Source: Candidatus Hydrogenedentota bacterium (GTDB taxonomy: Bacteria; Hydrogenedentota; Hydrogenedentia; Hydrogenedentales; SLHB01). Taken from it: a DNA stretch of 64,000 bases. Location: positions 42,210-106,209 of the forward strand of contig BTVY01000023.1 of the NCBI GenBank assembly GCA_045863335.1. Reading direction: 5' to 3'. Shown piece after piece: positions 18,870 to 28,574 of this stretch. The position numbers were made by a program, and so were the translations under genes. The notes under the pieces are model-generated. The model was not told the DNA's origin and ran no database searches. It saw nothing but the letters and a program-made list of their open reading frames with translations. Position 1 is the stretch's first letter; each line of letters begins with the position of its first letter.

Positions 18870-21857
18870 ATGGCGCGTTCGATTTGGATTCTAGTGTTGA
18901 CGTTGGGTCTCTGGTCGGGCGCGGCTTGGTGCCAGGCCGTGGAGGATGCGCCCGTCCCGGAGAAGGTCTATCAGGGCGACCTCATCGCCTATCCCGGACC
19001 GTGGGCCTTTGAACTGGGGCGTCCGCACATCATCCTCGTAAGCGACGAGGAGTTAGAATTCCTCTCCGACCCTGACAAGGTCTTCAATATGACCACGGGC
19101 CGCAACCCGCGCGAAGACTCGCTGCGATCCATTTGCGAACGCGCCCAGGCCGCCGGGCATCCGACGCTCGTCATCGCATTCGACCATTTCTTCAGCCAAT
19201 ACCGTCCCGGCCAGGAAGGGAAGCCGCGCCGCCTCACGCCGGACATGGACGAGTACGTGGAGCGCATGACCGCCATCGCGAAGTTCGCCCAAGGCTACGG
19301 GCTTGGCCTGGAGCTGAGCCTGTTGAGCCCCCTCGAAATCGGGCCCGCCTACCGCGCCGCCACGGGCGAGTCGGGCGTATGGATGCATTACCGGAAAGGC
19401 GTGCGCGACCCGGAGACCGGCGCGTTCAGCGTGCAGCTCTGGCAACACCAGCGCTGGTCCAACAACAAAGGCCCCATCGACCTCGAAGATGCGGGCGTGC
19501 GTGTGTTTGCGTTCAACGAGCGCGGCGTCCGCGGAACGCCGTACCGCGTCGTCGATCCCGCGTCCATCATTGAGATTACGGACGTGGCAAAGGTGGAGCC
19601 GTGGGACGGCGCCGTTCGCACTGCCGGCGACTTCCGCGCGCGGCGGGTCCGCATCCATGGCGAAGGACGCACGGAGATTGGCAATCTCGATCGCGTGCTG
19701 GTCGTGCAGGTTTACCGTACGCCGGAGATGGACTATTTCAGCGACCAGGCCCTGCCCTTTCTCAAAGGACTCATCGACAAGTACGCCGACGCGGGCGTAA
19801 AACTCAACGGCCTCTACTCCGACGAGATGCACATCCAGCAGGACTGGGGGTACTTCAACCACCACGACAACGGCGAATTCGCGGTGCGCTACGTAAGCCC
19901 GGGCATTGTGAACAAGTTCGCGGACCGCTATGGCGAGGAGTACCGCGACTTCGCGAAGTACCTGGTCTATTTCTGCTACGGCCAGGAAGACACCATGCAC
20001 GATCTCAGCGCGAAGCAAGGCGTCATGCACGCCTTCGGCGATTCGCCGGAAGCCATCGCACAGACGGCCTTGTTCCGCGCGCGGTACTACCACTTCCTGC
20101 AAGATGGCGTTGTCGATCTCTTCGCTGCGGCGAAGGATCATGCCGAACGCCGCATGGGACATCGCCTCCACGCGCGCGCCCACGCCACCTGGGCTGAGAG
20201 TCCTACTATCGACAAGTGGAACACGGGCCGCCTGCCTCATGCGCGGAATCAGTACGAGTACACCTCCAACTTCCTCTGGTCCGATACGGTCCACCAAGCG
20301 ACCTCGGCCTGTTACGACTACTTCAAGTGGGGCGACTTTCTCACGGGAAACGGCAACGACCACGCCGAGGGCGGCTGGCTCGACCGAAACTATTTCGCCA
20401 TGGCGCTCGCGTGTTCGACGGGAATTCTGAACGAGGTGCCCTACTCCTACGCCGCTCATTGGGGTATGCCGCATGAACTGGCGCAACGGCGCCACGCCTT
20501 GGTCGACGTGTACGGCGCGGCGGCGTCGCCTCCCTTCATGCTCGTGGAAGAGGCGCAACACCGCGACACGGACGTGCTCATGCTGTATCCAATCGACCTC
20601 GTTGCGGCGGAAGAACGCTTCGGAAGCTGGATGACGCAGTACGGCTACGCGAACTACATCACCCAGGCGAAACTGCTCGAACGCGGCGTCGTGAAGAATG
20701 GCGCCATTGAAGTTGCTGGACGACGGTTCACAACCCTCGTCACGCTCTTCGAACCCTTCCCGAGCCCGGCGCTCATGACCATGATGAACGACCTCGCCGC
20801 GCAAGGTGGACGCGTGATCTGGTCGGGTCCACCGCCGGTGCTGGACGCCGAGGGCAGTCCGGTCACGGCCGCGTGGAACGATCTCTTCGGCGTGGAATCC
20901 ACGCCTGAACCCGGTGACGGGCTTATCGTCCCGGGCCGGGAGATCCAATTCGCAGGACCCCTGGCGCAGGTGCCCGCGCAAGCGATTCTGACGGACTTCA
21001 TCGTGGACCGCATCTATCCCGTGACCGCGCGTGAAGGTGCCGCGGTCGCAGCAACCGTGCAGGACTGGACCGTCGGCGCCGTGCGGGCCACCGAATCCGG
21101 CGGCAGCCTGACCTATCTTGGGTTCCGCCCTCGTGACGATCAGGCGGCCAGCCTGGGCTATGAAACCCGCACTTGGTTCGAGGTGCTGAACGCGCTTGGC
21201 GCCTATCCCGCGTCGGGGGCCTTCGAAGGTATTAACGACAATCCCGACTACCTATCGCGCACGACCGAGTACCTGGTAGGCCGCTTCCCGAACGGTACCG
21301 TCGCAATCGCGCCCCACTTCCGCGCCATGGAAGAAGGCTGGCCCGGCGGGTTCGCGCGCAACGAAGAAGAGGACGCCGCGTATCTCACCGCAAATCCTCC
21401 GCCTTCCGACGCGCTGCAATTGCGGGACTTCAAAGCCTGGGGTCATACGATTACCTACGAAGGTACGGGCGCCATGGCGTTCCGCCTGGACGACACGAAC
21501 CGGCTCGTTGCCTTTGCCGGGTCCGGCTCCAACGCCGTCACCCTCGACGGTCAGACGCACACCTTCACCGACGGATCGCTCGCGCGTGTGGCGTGGGCGC
21601 CGGTCGCCGAAGCGCGTAAGGTCCCCGGCGGCGCTCTGGTTCAAATCCTCGCCCACGGCAACGGCACGCTGCGCATTCCCGCAGCCAACATTCCGGCTGA
21701 CGCGGTGGTCGTAGCCCAAGGCGCCACACCGGGCAGCCGCGGCGCGGTGGTCGAATCAACGCGCGAGGGCGACTATCTGCTGGTGACGATCGGGCCCGGA
21801 TCTTCCGGCCGCTGGCTGTTTGCCGGTCCCGCGAGTCCGGCGCCGACGGCTTCCTAG
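18870..21857 (+). CDS. Large secreted putative glycoside hydrolase (distant GH106-like TIM barrel)
   Basis: Signal peptide; MDYFS...F...Y...GLYSDE, F..RYG and DVLMLYP patterns as in GH106/GH2-like proteins. Confidence 0.45.
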   Translation: MARSIWILVLTLGLWSGAAWCQAVEDAPVPEKVYQGDLIAYPGPWAFELGRPHIILVSDEELEFLSDPDKVFNMTTGRNPREDSLRSICERAQAAGHPTLVIAFDHFFSQYRPGQEGKPRRLTPDMDEYVERMTAIAKFAQGYGLGLELSLLSPLEIGPAYRAATGESGVWMHYRKGVRDPETGAFSVQLWQHQRWSNNKGPIDLEDAGVRVFAFNERGVRGTPYRVVDPASIIEITDVAKVEPWDGAVRTAGDFRARRVRIHGEGRTEIGNLDRVLVVQVYRTPEMDYFSDQALPFLKGLIDKYADAGVKLNGLYSDEMHIQQDWGYFNHHDNGEFAVRYVSPGIVNKFADRYGEEYRDFAKYLVYFCYGQEDTMHDLSAKQGVMHAFGDSPEAIAQTALFRARYYHFLQDGVVDLFAAAKDHAERRMGHRLHARAHATWAESPTIDKWNTGRLPHARNQYEYTSNFLWSDTVHQATSACYDYFKWGDFLTGNGNDHAEGGWLDRNYFAMALACSTGILNEVPYSYAAHWGMPHELAQRRHALVDVYGAAASPPFMLVEEAQHRDTDVLMLYPIDLVAAEERFGSWMTQYGYANYITQAKLLERGVVKNGAIEVAGRRFTTLVTLFEPFPSPALMTMMNDLAAQGGRVIWSGPPPVLDAEGSPVTAAWNDLFGVESTPEPGDGLIVPGREIQFAGPLAQVPAQAILTDFIVDRIYPVTAREGAAVAATVQDWTVGAVRATESGGSLTYLGFRPRDDQAASLGYETRTWFEVLNALGAYPASGAFEGINDNPDYLSRTTEYLVGRFPNGTVAIAPHFRAMEEGWPGGFARNEEEDAAYLTANPPPSDALQLRDFKAWGHTITYEGTGAMAFRLDDTNRLVAFAGSGSNAVTLDGQTHTFTDGSLARVAWAPVAEARKVPGGALVQILAHGNGTLRIPAANIPADAVVVAQGATPGSRGAVVESTREGDYLLVTIGPGSSGRWLFAGPASPAPTAS

Positions 21858-21900
21858 TCGCCCGCCAACCGGATGGCGTCTTTACAACCGCCTCCAATGT

Positions 21901-21927
21901 GTATTACGATTAGAATATTCGTAATAC
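21901..21927. promoter_or_regulatory. Putative NikR operator
   Basis: Perfect 9-bp inverted repeat GTATTACGA-N9-TCGTAATAC (GTATTA-N15-TAATAC) 36 bp upstream of a Ni/Co ECF operon. Confidence 0.7.
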
Positions 21928-21963
21928 GTTACGTCAGTCGATACTTGAGGACCACCATCTTTC

Positions 21964-22599
21964 ATGCATCTCGCGGAAGGCATCGTACCCTTGCCCGTGC
22001 TCGCCGGCGGCGCTGTACTCGCCGCAAGCGGAGTCGCCATCGGATTGCGCAAGCTGGACGAGGAACGAATCGTGCCGGTCGCGGTGATGGCATCATCCTT
22101 GTTCGTGGCGTCGTTGATTCACGTGCCGGTTGGACCAGCCTCCGCGCACCTTGTCATGAACGGACTCGCAGGACTCATCCTGGGTTGGGCGGTGTTCCCC
22201 GCCATGCTGGTCGCCCTGTTGTTGCAGGCGCTGTTCTTCGGCTATGGCGGCTTGACGACGCTCGGCGTCAATACGCTGAACATGGCCCTGCCGGGCGTGC
22301 TCTGTTTTCTGCTCTTGCGCCCGCTGATGTATGGCGGCCGTTCCGTTTTTGTCGTGGGCTTTTTCGCGGGTGCGCTCGCCGTCGCCCTTGCCTGCACGAT
22401 GCTGTGCCTGACCCTGCTCACCGCCGGCCGCGGTATCGTCCCGCTCGCCCAGGGCGTCTTTCTTGCCCACGTTCCGGTGATGCTCGTCGAAGGTCTCGTC
22501 ACCGGATCGGCCGTATCGTTCCTCTACCGGGTGCGGCCTGAGACGTTTGCCCTGTGGTCCAAACCCGAATGGAGCGCCGCTCATGCGCCAGTGTCTTGA
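21964..22599 (+). CDS. cbiM: Ni/Co ECF transporter substrate component CbiM/NikM
   Basis: N-terminal MHLAEG metal-binding motif; IHVPVGPASAHL; LQALFFGYGGLTTLGVN. Confidence 0.92.
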   Translation: MHLAEGIVPLPVLAGGAVLAASGVAIGLRKLDEERIVPVAVMASSLFVASLIHVPVGPASAHLVMNGLAGLILGWAVFPAMLVALLLQALFFGYGGLTTLGVNTLNMALPGVLCFLLLRPLMYGGRSVFVVGFFAGALAVALACTMLCLTLLTAGRGIVPLAQGVFLAHVPVMLVEGLVTGSAVSFLYRVRPETFALWSKPEWSAAHAPVS

Positions 22600-22611
22600 T
22601 CGATACGGTTT

Positions 22612-23221
22612 GATGCGGGGTTTCGCGCTTACGTTTTTGCTGGCTGCTGCTGCGCCGTTGGCGGGCGCACATGCGTTGCATCTTTTTGCCTCCGTCTCTG
22701 GCGATCACATCGAAGGTAAGGCGTATTACTCGGACAGTCCGGCCGCCGGCATTGCCGTCACCGTACTCGGGCCTGATGATGAAGTCCTTGCCACGGTCCG
22801 TTCGGACGTATCCGGCACCTTCACATGGCATCCAACGAAGCGCTGCGATCTCCGATTCGTCGCGGAAACGGAAGACGGTCATCGAACCGTATTCACTATT
22901 GCGGCGGAAGAATTACCCGGATCGCTTCCCCCCCCGGAACCGGAATCCGTGCCAAGCGTGGTCACAGCAACAGATGGATCAGACGGATCCGACCGATCCG
23001 ACCGATCGGTCCGATCGCAAAACAGCGGCCCGTCCCCTGCCGATCTCGAGCGTCTTGTTGCGGAAGCCGTGAGTCGTGAAGTGGCCCCCCTCCGCGAGCA
23101 ACTGGATGCCGCCGCGCACCGCACCCAGCTTCGTGATGTCATCGGGGGCATAGGCTACATCGCCGGCGTTGCCGGACTCTTCGCGTTGTGGAAACGCCGG
23201 ACGAGCCGGAGCGATCGTTGA
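22612..23221 (+). CDS. NikL/CbiL-like accessory component (signal peptide, periplasmic domain, C-terminal TM)
   Basis: AH.L.LFA...G..IEG..YYSD; GH motif; C-terminal RDVIGGIGYI.G; located between M and Q. Confidence 0.7.
22971..23016. repeat. In-frame 9-bp tandem repeat within the NikL-like linker
   Basis: cagatggat cagacggat ccgaccgat ccgaccgat cggtccgat, encoding DGSDGSDRSDRSVRS. Confidence 0.65.
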
Positions 23222-23222
23222 C

Positions 23223-23972
23223 GTGTTTACCGATGCCTTTCTCAATATTGAATCGCCCATTCATCGCCTCGACGCCCGCGCGCGCGTGGCCGCCGCGATC
23301 GTTCTGTCCATTGCAGTCGCTGCTGTGGCCAGTCCGGCGGCATTGGCGCTGGGCCTGGCGGGTGCGATTGCGCTGGCCGTCGCCGCCCGGCTGCCGCTTC
23401 GACCCACATTGCGGCGGCTGCTTCCCCTGAATCTTTTCCTGGCCATACTCGTCTTGCTGTTGCCCCTGACCACGCCGGGCCCCGCACTCTTTCACGTGCA
23501 TACCGCGGCATTCACGTGGCCGGGACTTCTTGCGGGCCTGGCAATCGCCGCACGCGCCAACGCCATCGTACTGATCGTCACCGCGCTGCTCACGACGATG
23601 GAAGCCGCCGAACTCGCGCGCGCACTCCGGTCGCTTCGCGTGCCGCCCGCGCTCGTAACGCTCTTTCTTTTGACGGGCCGATATGTCTTCGTGCTGCAGA
23701 CCGAATACCAGCGCCTTCGCCGCGCCATGGGGGTGCGCGCTTTTCGGCCGCGCACCAACCGTCACACCTTGCGCGCCTTGGGCAATCTCGTCGGCATGCT
23801 CGTTGTGAAGGGATTCGACCGCTCGGAACGCGTGTACCAGGCCATGAAATGCCGCGGTTATACAGGAGTCTTCCCCACGCGCGAACCGGCGCAGTGGGCG
23901 TTGCACGACGCGGTGTTTGGCTGCGGGACCGCAACGTTCGTCATGGTGATGCTGTGGGCGAACTCGCTGTAA
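23223..23972 (+). CDS. cbiQ: Ni/Co ECF transporter T component CbiQ/NikQ
   Basis: SPIHRLDAR, RY..VL..E..R...AM..R.F and DRSERVYQAMKCRGY; GTG start just after the upstream stop. Confidence 0.9.
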   Translation: MFTDAFLNIESPIHRLDARARVAAAIVLSIAVAAVASPAALALGLAGAIALAVAARLPLRPTLRRLLPLNLFLAILVLLLPLTTPGPALFHVHTAAFTWPGLLAGLAIAARANAIVLIVTALLTTMEAAELARALRSLRVPPALVTLFLLTGRYVFVLQTEYQRLRRAMGVRAFRPRTNRHTLRALGNLVGMLVVKGFDRSERVYQAMKCRGYTGVFPTREPAQWALHDAVFGCGTATFVMVMLWANSL

Positions 23973-24622
23973 ACGGCGCCTGCGTCGTCCTGGACGGTGT
24001 GACCTTCGGCTACGGCCCGAACCGTCCAGTACTCCGTTCGCTTGACCTTACACTGCGCGCGGGCGAGCGCGTGGGGTTGATTGGCGCAAACGGTTCCGGC
24101 AAGACCACCCTGCTGCATCTTCTCGTCGGTCTTCGCAAACCGTCCGCCGGAAGGATCACATGCTTTGGCACGCCCCGCACCACGGAATCGGATTTTCGGG
24201 ACCTGCGCAAACGCGCCGGACTGCTCTTCCAGGATTCCGACGATCAACTCTTCTGCCCCACCGTCGGCGAAGATGTCATGTTCGGACCGCTGAACCTCGG
24301 CAAGACGCACGCGGAAGCGCGTGCGATCGCGTCTGAGACGCTGCGACGGATCGGCCTCGCGAACTACGAATCGCGCGTTACTTACCGTCTCTCTGGCGGT
24401 GAAAAACGCCTGGTCGCTCTCGCCACGGTGCTCGCCATGCAGCCGGACGTGCTGCTCCTCGACGAACCCCTCACCGGCCTTGACGAGGAACACGAAACCC
24501 GCATCACCGAGATCTTGCTGGACCTTCCCCAGGCCATGCTTATCGTCTCCCACAATCGCGAGTTCCTCGCGCGCGTCGCACAACGCACCTATGTACTACG
24601 AAACGGATCGCTGGAAGAATAG
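23954..24622 (+). CDS. cbiO: Ni/Co ECF transporter ATPase CbiO/NikO
   Basis: GANGSGKTT, FQDSDDQLFCPTV, LSGGEK, LLLDEP and SH; start approximate. Confidence 0.9.
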   Translation: MGELAVNGACVVLDGVTFGYGPNRPVLRSLDLTLRAGERVGLIGANGSGKTTLLHLLVGLRKPSAGRITCFGTPRTTESDFRDLRKRAGLLFQDSDDQLFCPTVGEDVMFGPLNLGKTHAEARAIASETLRRIGLANYESRVTYRLSGGEKRLVALATVLAMQPDVLLLDEPLTGLDEEHETRITEILLDLPQAMLIVSHNREFLARVAQRTYVLRNGSLEE

Positions 24623-24760
24623 GCACACACTTTTGAAATCCTCACGAACCGGGTGTATAAGGCAATCGGAATTCAGTCCCCACCCTGTGCGCATCTGAAT
24701 TTCATTTCCACACGCGAAGTTGAAGTAAATGCAATTCAGAACTACAAGGATCGTCCTTTC

Positions 24761-27505
24761 ATGAGAACCACTCTTGTCATCGCCCTGACCGCATTCGTGC
24801 TTGCCGCCGCCGATGCCGCAGAACCCCTGCTCATGCGCGCGCCTTCCGGCGAAGCCTATGTCGAGCTGAACGAAACCGGCCGCACCATCCTTCCGAACGG
24901 GCGCTTCATCACACCCACCGGCACGATGATCCGCGTGCAGCCGCACCCGTACGGCCTGACCATGAGCGAGGACGGACGCTGGGTAGTGGCGGTGTGCAGC
25001 GACGATCCTCAATTGGCCATCCTCGATCTCGCGAACCCTGGCGAACCCCTCCTCTCGCACATCCCTGAAAACCTCGGCGAAGGCGAGGGCGTGCTGGACG
25101 CTGCCTTCATGGGCGCCGCGGTCGACCCTGCAAACAAGGTGGTCTACATCGCGGGCGGCGGCGACTGGAGCGTCGTGGCCTTCGACCTGGAAACGCGGGA
25201 ACGCCTTTTCCGGATCGACTGCGCCCACGAGAATGAGGACGGCGATTTCACCTTCGGATACACCGGCGACCTGCGCCTCTCCGCCGACGGGAAGACGATC
25301 TACGCGGTCGACCAGTCGAACTTCCGCTTTCTCATTATCGATGTGGAATCGCAATCCCTGCGCAAGTCCATCGGCGTCGGGCGGTACCCCTTTGGGATTA
25401 CTTTGTCGCCGGACGGCAAGAAGGCCTACGTCGCCAACGTGGGCATGTTCGAGTACTCCTACGTGCGCGACGAAAAGGGCGGTATCGCTTCGCTCGAATT
25501 TCCTCCGTACGGCGTGCCGTCCAAGGATGCAAAGCGCGGCGTGGAGATCGACGGCAAAAAAGTCGAAGGCCTCGGCGATCCCAATGACATTCGCGGCATG
25601 TCCGTCTGGACGGTCGACATCTCCAAACCCGGCAAGGAGAAGGTCGTCGGCAAAACGAAGACCGGTCATCTCGTGGGCGAGAAGCTGGAAGACTTCCCGG
25701 CGGTGGGCGGCAGCAGTCCAAATTCCATGGCCGCCACCGAGAAGTACGTCTACGTCTCCAACGGCAGCAATGACAGCATCAGCGTCATCAATCCCAAAAG
25801 CGGCAAGCGGCAGCACGACATCGATCTCGTGCTGGATTCCCGCGTCAATCACATCCGCGGCATGATCCCCTTCGGCGTGGCGCTCTCGCCGGATCGGGAG
25901 ATCCTCTATGTCGCCGAGGCCGGTATCAACGCCATCGGTGTCGTGCGTCTGTCCGACGAAAAGGTGCTGGGCCATATCCCGACGGCGTGGTTCCCGAGCA
26001 AGCTTGCGGTTTCGCCCGACGGTAAGCGGCTCTACGTGGCCTGCGCGAAAGGCATCGGGTCGGGACCGAACGCGGGCCCCGGACACAAGGCCGGCGACCC
26101 GACCGGCATCGGCGCGCTTATGCGGGGGTACATCAACATCATCGATCTCCCGCAATCCCAGGAAGCACTCGACGCCATGACGCGGCAAGTCATCGAAAAC
26201 AACGTGGAGTTCTATGCCTTGTCCGATGACACTCGCCCGCAGGGACATCCCGTCCCGCCCGCGCCCGGCACGTGGGAAAGCCCCATCAAGCACGTCATCT
26301 ACGTGACAAAAGAGAACCGGACCTATGACGAGGTCTTCGGCGCGCTGCCGGGCGGCCGCGGCGACGCGGAATTATGCCGGCTTGGCAGACCTATTGACGT
26401 CTCGAACAAAGACAATTCGCGCACGGTGAAGGATGTCGTGCTCATGCCGAATCACGTGGCCCTCGCAAAACGCTTCGCCGTCAGCGACAATTTCTATTGC
26501 GACTCCGACCACTCCGTCGACGGCCACCGCTGGCTCGTCGGCACCTACCCCAACGAGTTCATGGAAGCCAAGATCGGCGAAAACGCCAAGGGCGACGGCC
26601 CCGGCAACCACATGTTCATCGGCTCGTCCGGCGCGATTTATCCGGAGGACTACAATGAGGCGGGCGCGATCTGGGAACACTTCGCGCGGGGCGAACTGCG
26701 CTTCCGCAACTACGGTCTCGGTTTCGAGTTCAAGCCCCAACTCGAAGAGCAGGAGTACAAGTACACGGGCATCCGCCTGCCCATCAACTATCCCATGCCG
26801 GAGGTCTTGTTCCAGAACACCTCGCGCGAATTCGCCACCTACAACACGAGCGTGCCCGACCAGTTCCGCATGGACATGTTCCAGAAGGAATTCGAAGAGC
26901 GCTGGCTCAGCGGCAAAGAAGAATTCCCCGACATCATCACCATGATGTTGCCCAACGACCACGGCGCTGGCGAACGGCCTGACGACGGGTATCCCTTCTG
27001 GGGATCCTACATGAGCGACAACGATCTCGCGCTGGGCCGGCTCGTCGAACTCATCAGTCACAGTCCATTCTGGAAGAACACGATCATCATGGTCACCGAA
27101 GACGACGCCCAAGGCTACCGCGACACCGTCGATGCCCATCGCTCCATCTGCATGGTCATTGGACCCTACGCAAAGCGGGGATATGTTTCTCACCAACACG
27201 TGAGCATGTCGAGCATGCTGAAAACCATGTTCCTTATTCATGGCTTGCCCGCGCTGAACCAGTACGACGGATTCGCCACGGACCTCGCCGACATGTTCAC
27301 CATGGAGCCCGCGAACGCCGAACCTTACAACGCCCTTCCCGTGAACGCGGAGATCTTCGATCCGCAGAAAGCCTTCGATCCCCTGGACGAAGAGTTCGAC
27401 TGGGAAGCCGCTACCGAGTACACCTCGGTCGACGACCAGGAATACCTCGACACCGATCCCTACGGCCACAGCGGCGAGTCCGGCCACGTGGCCCGGACGG
27501 AGTAG
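24761..27505 (+). CDS. Secreted YVTN beta-propeller / phosphoesterase (alkaline-phosphatase superfamily) bifunctional protein
   Basis: LPNGRFITP.G, VGRYPFGITLSPDG repeats, HVIYVTKENRTYD, DNFY...S.DGH.W, LPNDH, DNDLALGR and EDDAQG..D.VDAHRS. Confidence 0.88.
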   Translation: MRTTLVIALTAFVLAAADAAEPLLMRAPSGEAYVELNETGRTILPNGRFITPTGTMIRVQPHPYGLTMSEDGRWVVAVCSDDPQLAILDLANPGEPLLSHIPENLGEGEGVLDAAFMGAAVDPANKVVYIAGGGDWSVVAFDLETRERLFRIDCAHENEDGDFTFGYTGDLRLSADGKTIYAVDQSNFRFLIIDVESQSLRKSIGVGRYPFGITLSPDGKKAYVANVGMFEYSYVRDEKGGIASLEFPPYGVPSKDAKRGVEIDGKKVEGLGDPNDIRGMSVWTVDISKPGKEKVVGKTKTGHLVGEKLEDFPAVGGSSPNSMAATEKYVYVSNGSNDSISVINPKSGKRQHDIDLVLDSRVNHIRGMIPFGVALSPDREILYVAEAGINAIGVVRLSDEKVLGHIPTAWFPSKLAVSPDGKRLYVACAKGIGSGPNAGPGHKAGDPTGIGALMRGYINIIDLPQSQEALDAMTRQVIENNVEFYALSDDTRPQGHPVPPAPGTWESPIKHVIYVTKENRTYDEVFGALPGGRGDAELCRLGRPIDVSNKDNSRTVKDVVLMPNHVALAKRFAVSDNFYCDSDHSVDGHRWLVGTYPNEFMEAKIGENAKGDGPGNHMFIGSSGAIYPEDYNEAGAIWEHFARGELRFRNYGLGFEFKPQLEEQEYKYTGIRLPINYPMPEVLFQNTSREFATYNTSVPDQFRMDMFQKEFEERWLSGKEEFPDIITMMLPNDHGAGERPDDGYPFWGSYMSDNDLALGRLVELISHSPFWKNTIIMVTEDDAQGYRDTVDAHRSICMVIGPYAKRGYVSHQHVSMSSMLKTMFLIHGLPALNQYDGFATDLADMFTMEPANAEPYNALPVNAEIFDPQKAFDPLDEEFDWEAATEYTSVDDQEYLDTDPYGHSGESGHVARTE

Positions 27506-27579
27506 CAGGCCGTATCTCTCCAACTAACAATAGGCTTGATACGTTGAATAACCCGTGACTGGAGACGATATTTCTCAAA

Positions 27580-27651
27580 ATCGCTATCGGGATCGGGATC
27601 GAAATCGTGCGGCACTTCGATACCGATCCCGATAGCGATACCGATACCGAT
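27580..27651. repeat. Inverted 6-bp-periodic repeat (ATCGNN)n / (CGATNN)n forming a hairpin
   Basis: atcgct atcggg atcggg atcgaa atcg, short loop, then cgatac cgatcc cgatag cgatac cgatac cgat. Confidence 0.8.
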
Positions 27652-27772
27652 GAGGCCGTGAACGCGAACCGCAGTCGTTTCCAATCATGGACATCACCCC
27701 CGCCATTCGATAGGATAAGGGGAATCGAGACGAACGGGCGCATTCCGCCAATCCAGGAAGGGACGTGCAACG

Positions 27773-28555
27773 ATGAGACTTGGCATGGTGACCTACAACA
27801 TGGGCAAGGATATGGACCTGCCCACGCTGATCAAGTTCTGCGAAGACACTGGATTGGGAGGCGTGGAACTGCGCACGACTCACGCCCACGGCGTCGAAGT
27901 CGAGTTGTCCGCCGCGGAACGGGCGGAGGTGAGAAGCCGCTTCGCCGATTCCCCGGTCGAAATCGCCGGCCTCGGCTCGGCGTTCGAGTACCACAGCCCC
28001 GATCCCGCCGTCGTCAAGGAGAACATCGAAGGCTCCATCACCTACGCGCGGCTCGCGGCCGACGTGGGCGCGTCCGGAATCAAGGTACGTCCGAACGGTT
28101 TGCCGGAAGAAGTGCCCGTCGAGAAGACTTGCGAACAAATCGGCAAGGCCATGCGGCAAGTCGCCCAGTTCGCGGGCGACATCGGCGTGGAAGTGCGCCT
28201 CGAAGTGCACGGGAAAAATTCGTCGGACCCGAAGATCATCCGCAAGATCATGGATTATGCCGACCATCCCATGGCCACCGTCTGCTGGAATTCCAACGGC
28301 ACCGACATGGATGCGAACCAGAGCATCGAAGAGAACTTCAACCTGCTCAAGGACAAGATCACCCATTGCCACATCACGGAAATCGGCGTGTATCAGTATC
28401 CCTGGCAGGACCTGTTCAACCGCCTGAAAGCGATGGACTACCAGGGCTGGTGCCTGGCCGAGATCCAGTACAACGAACAGCCGGAGCGGTTCATGAAGTT
28501 TTATCGCACGCTGTTCGATCTGTACACCGGCAACTATTCCTGGCCCCACGATTAG
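27773..28555 (+). CDS. Sugar phosphate isomerase/epimerase (xylose isomerase-like TIM barrel)
   Basis: GVELR, LEVHG, H.H..E and Y.GW..AE metal-site pattern. Confidence 0.85.
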   Translation: MRLGMVTYNMGKDMDLPTLIKFCEDTGLGGVELRTTHAHGVEVELSAAERAEVRSRFADSPVEIAGLGSAFEYHSPDPAVVKENIEGSITYARLAADVGASGIKVRPNGLPEEVPVEKTCEQIGKAMRQVAQFAGDIGVEVRLEVHGKNSSDPKIIRKIMDYADHPMATVCWNSNGTDMDANQSIEENFNLLKDKITHCHITEIGVYQYPWQDLFNRLKAMDYQGWCLAEIQYNEQPERFMKFYRTLFDLYTGNYSWPHD

Positions 28556-28574
28556 CGCCCATCCGGTGACGGCG

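Noticed and set aside
19053-20981. Long antisense ORFs (e.g. 19053-20981, 36377-38158, 24596-26293, 48059-49729, 16733-18547)
   Set aside because: Shadow frames of well-supported high-GC genes; no motifs
21858-21963. Cobalamin riboswitch upstream of cbiM
   Set aside because: Region too short and lacks B12-box motifs; a NikR-like palindrome is present instead
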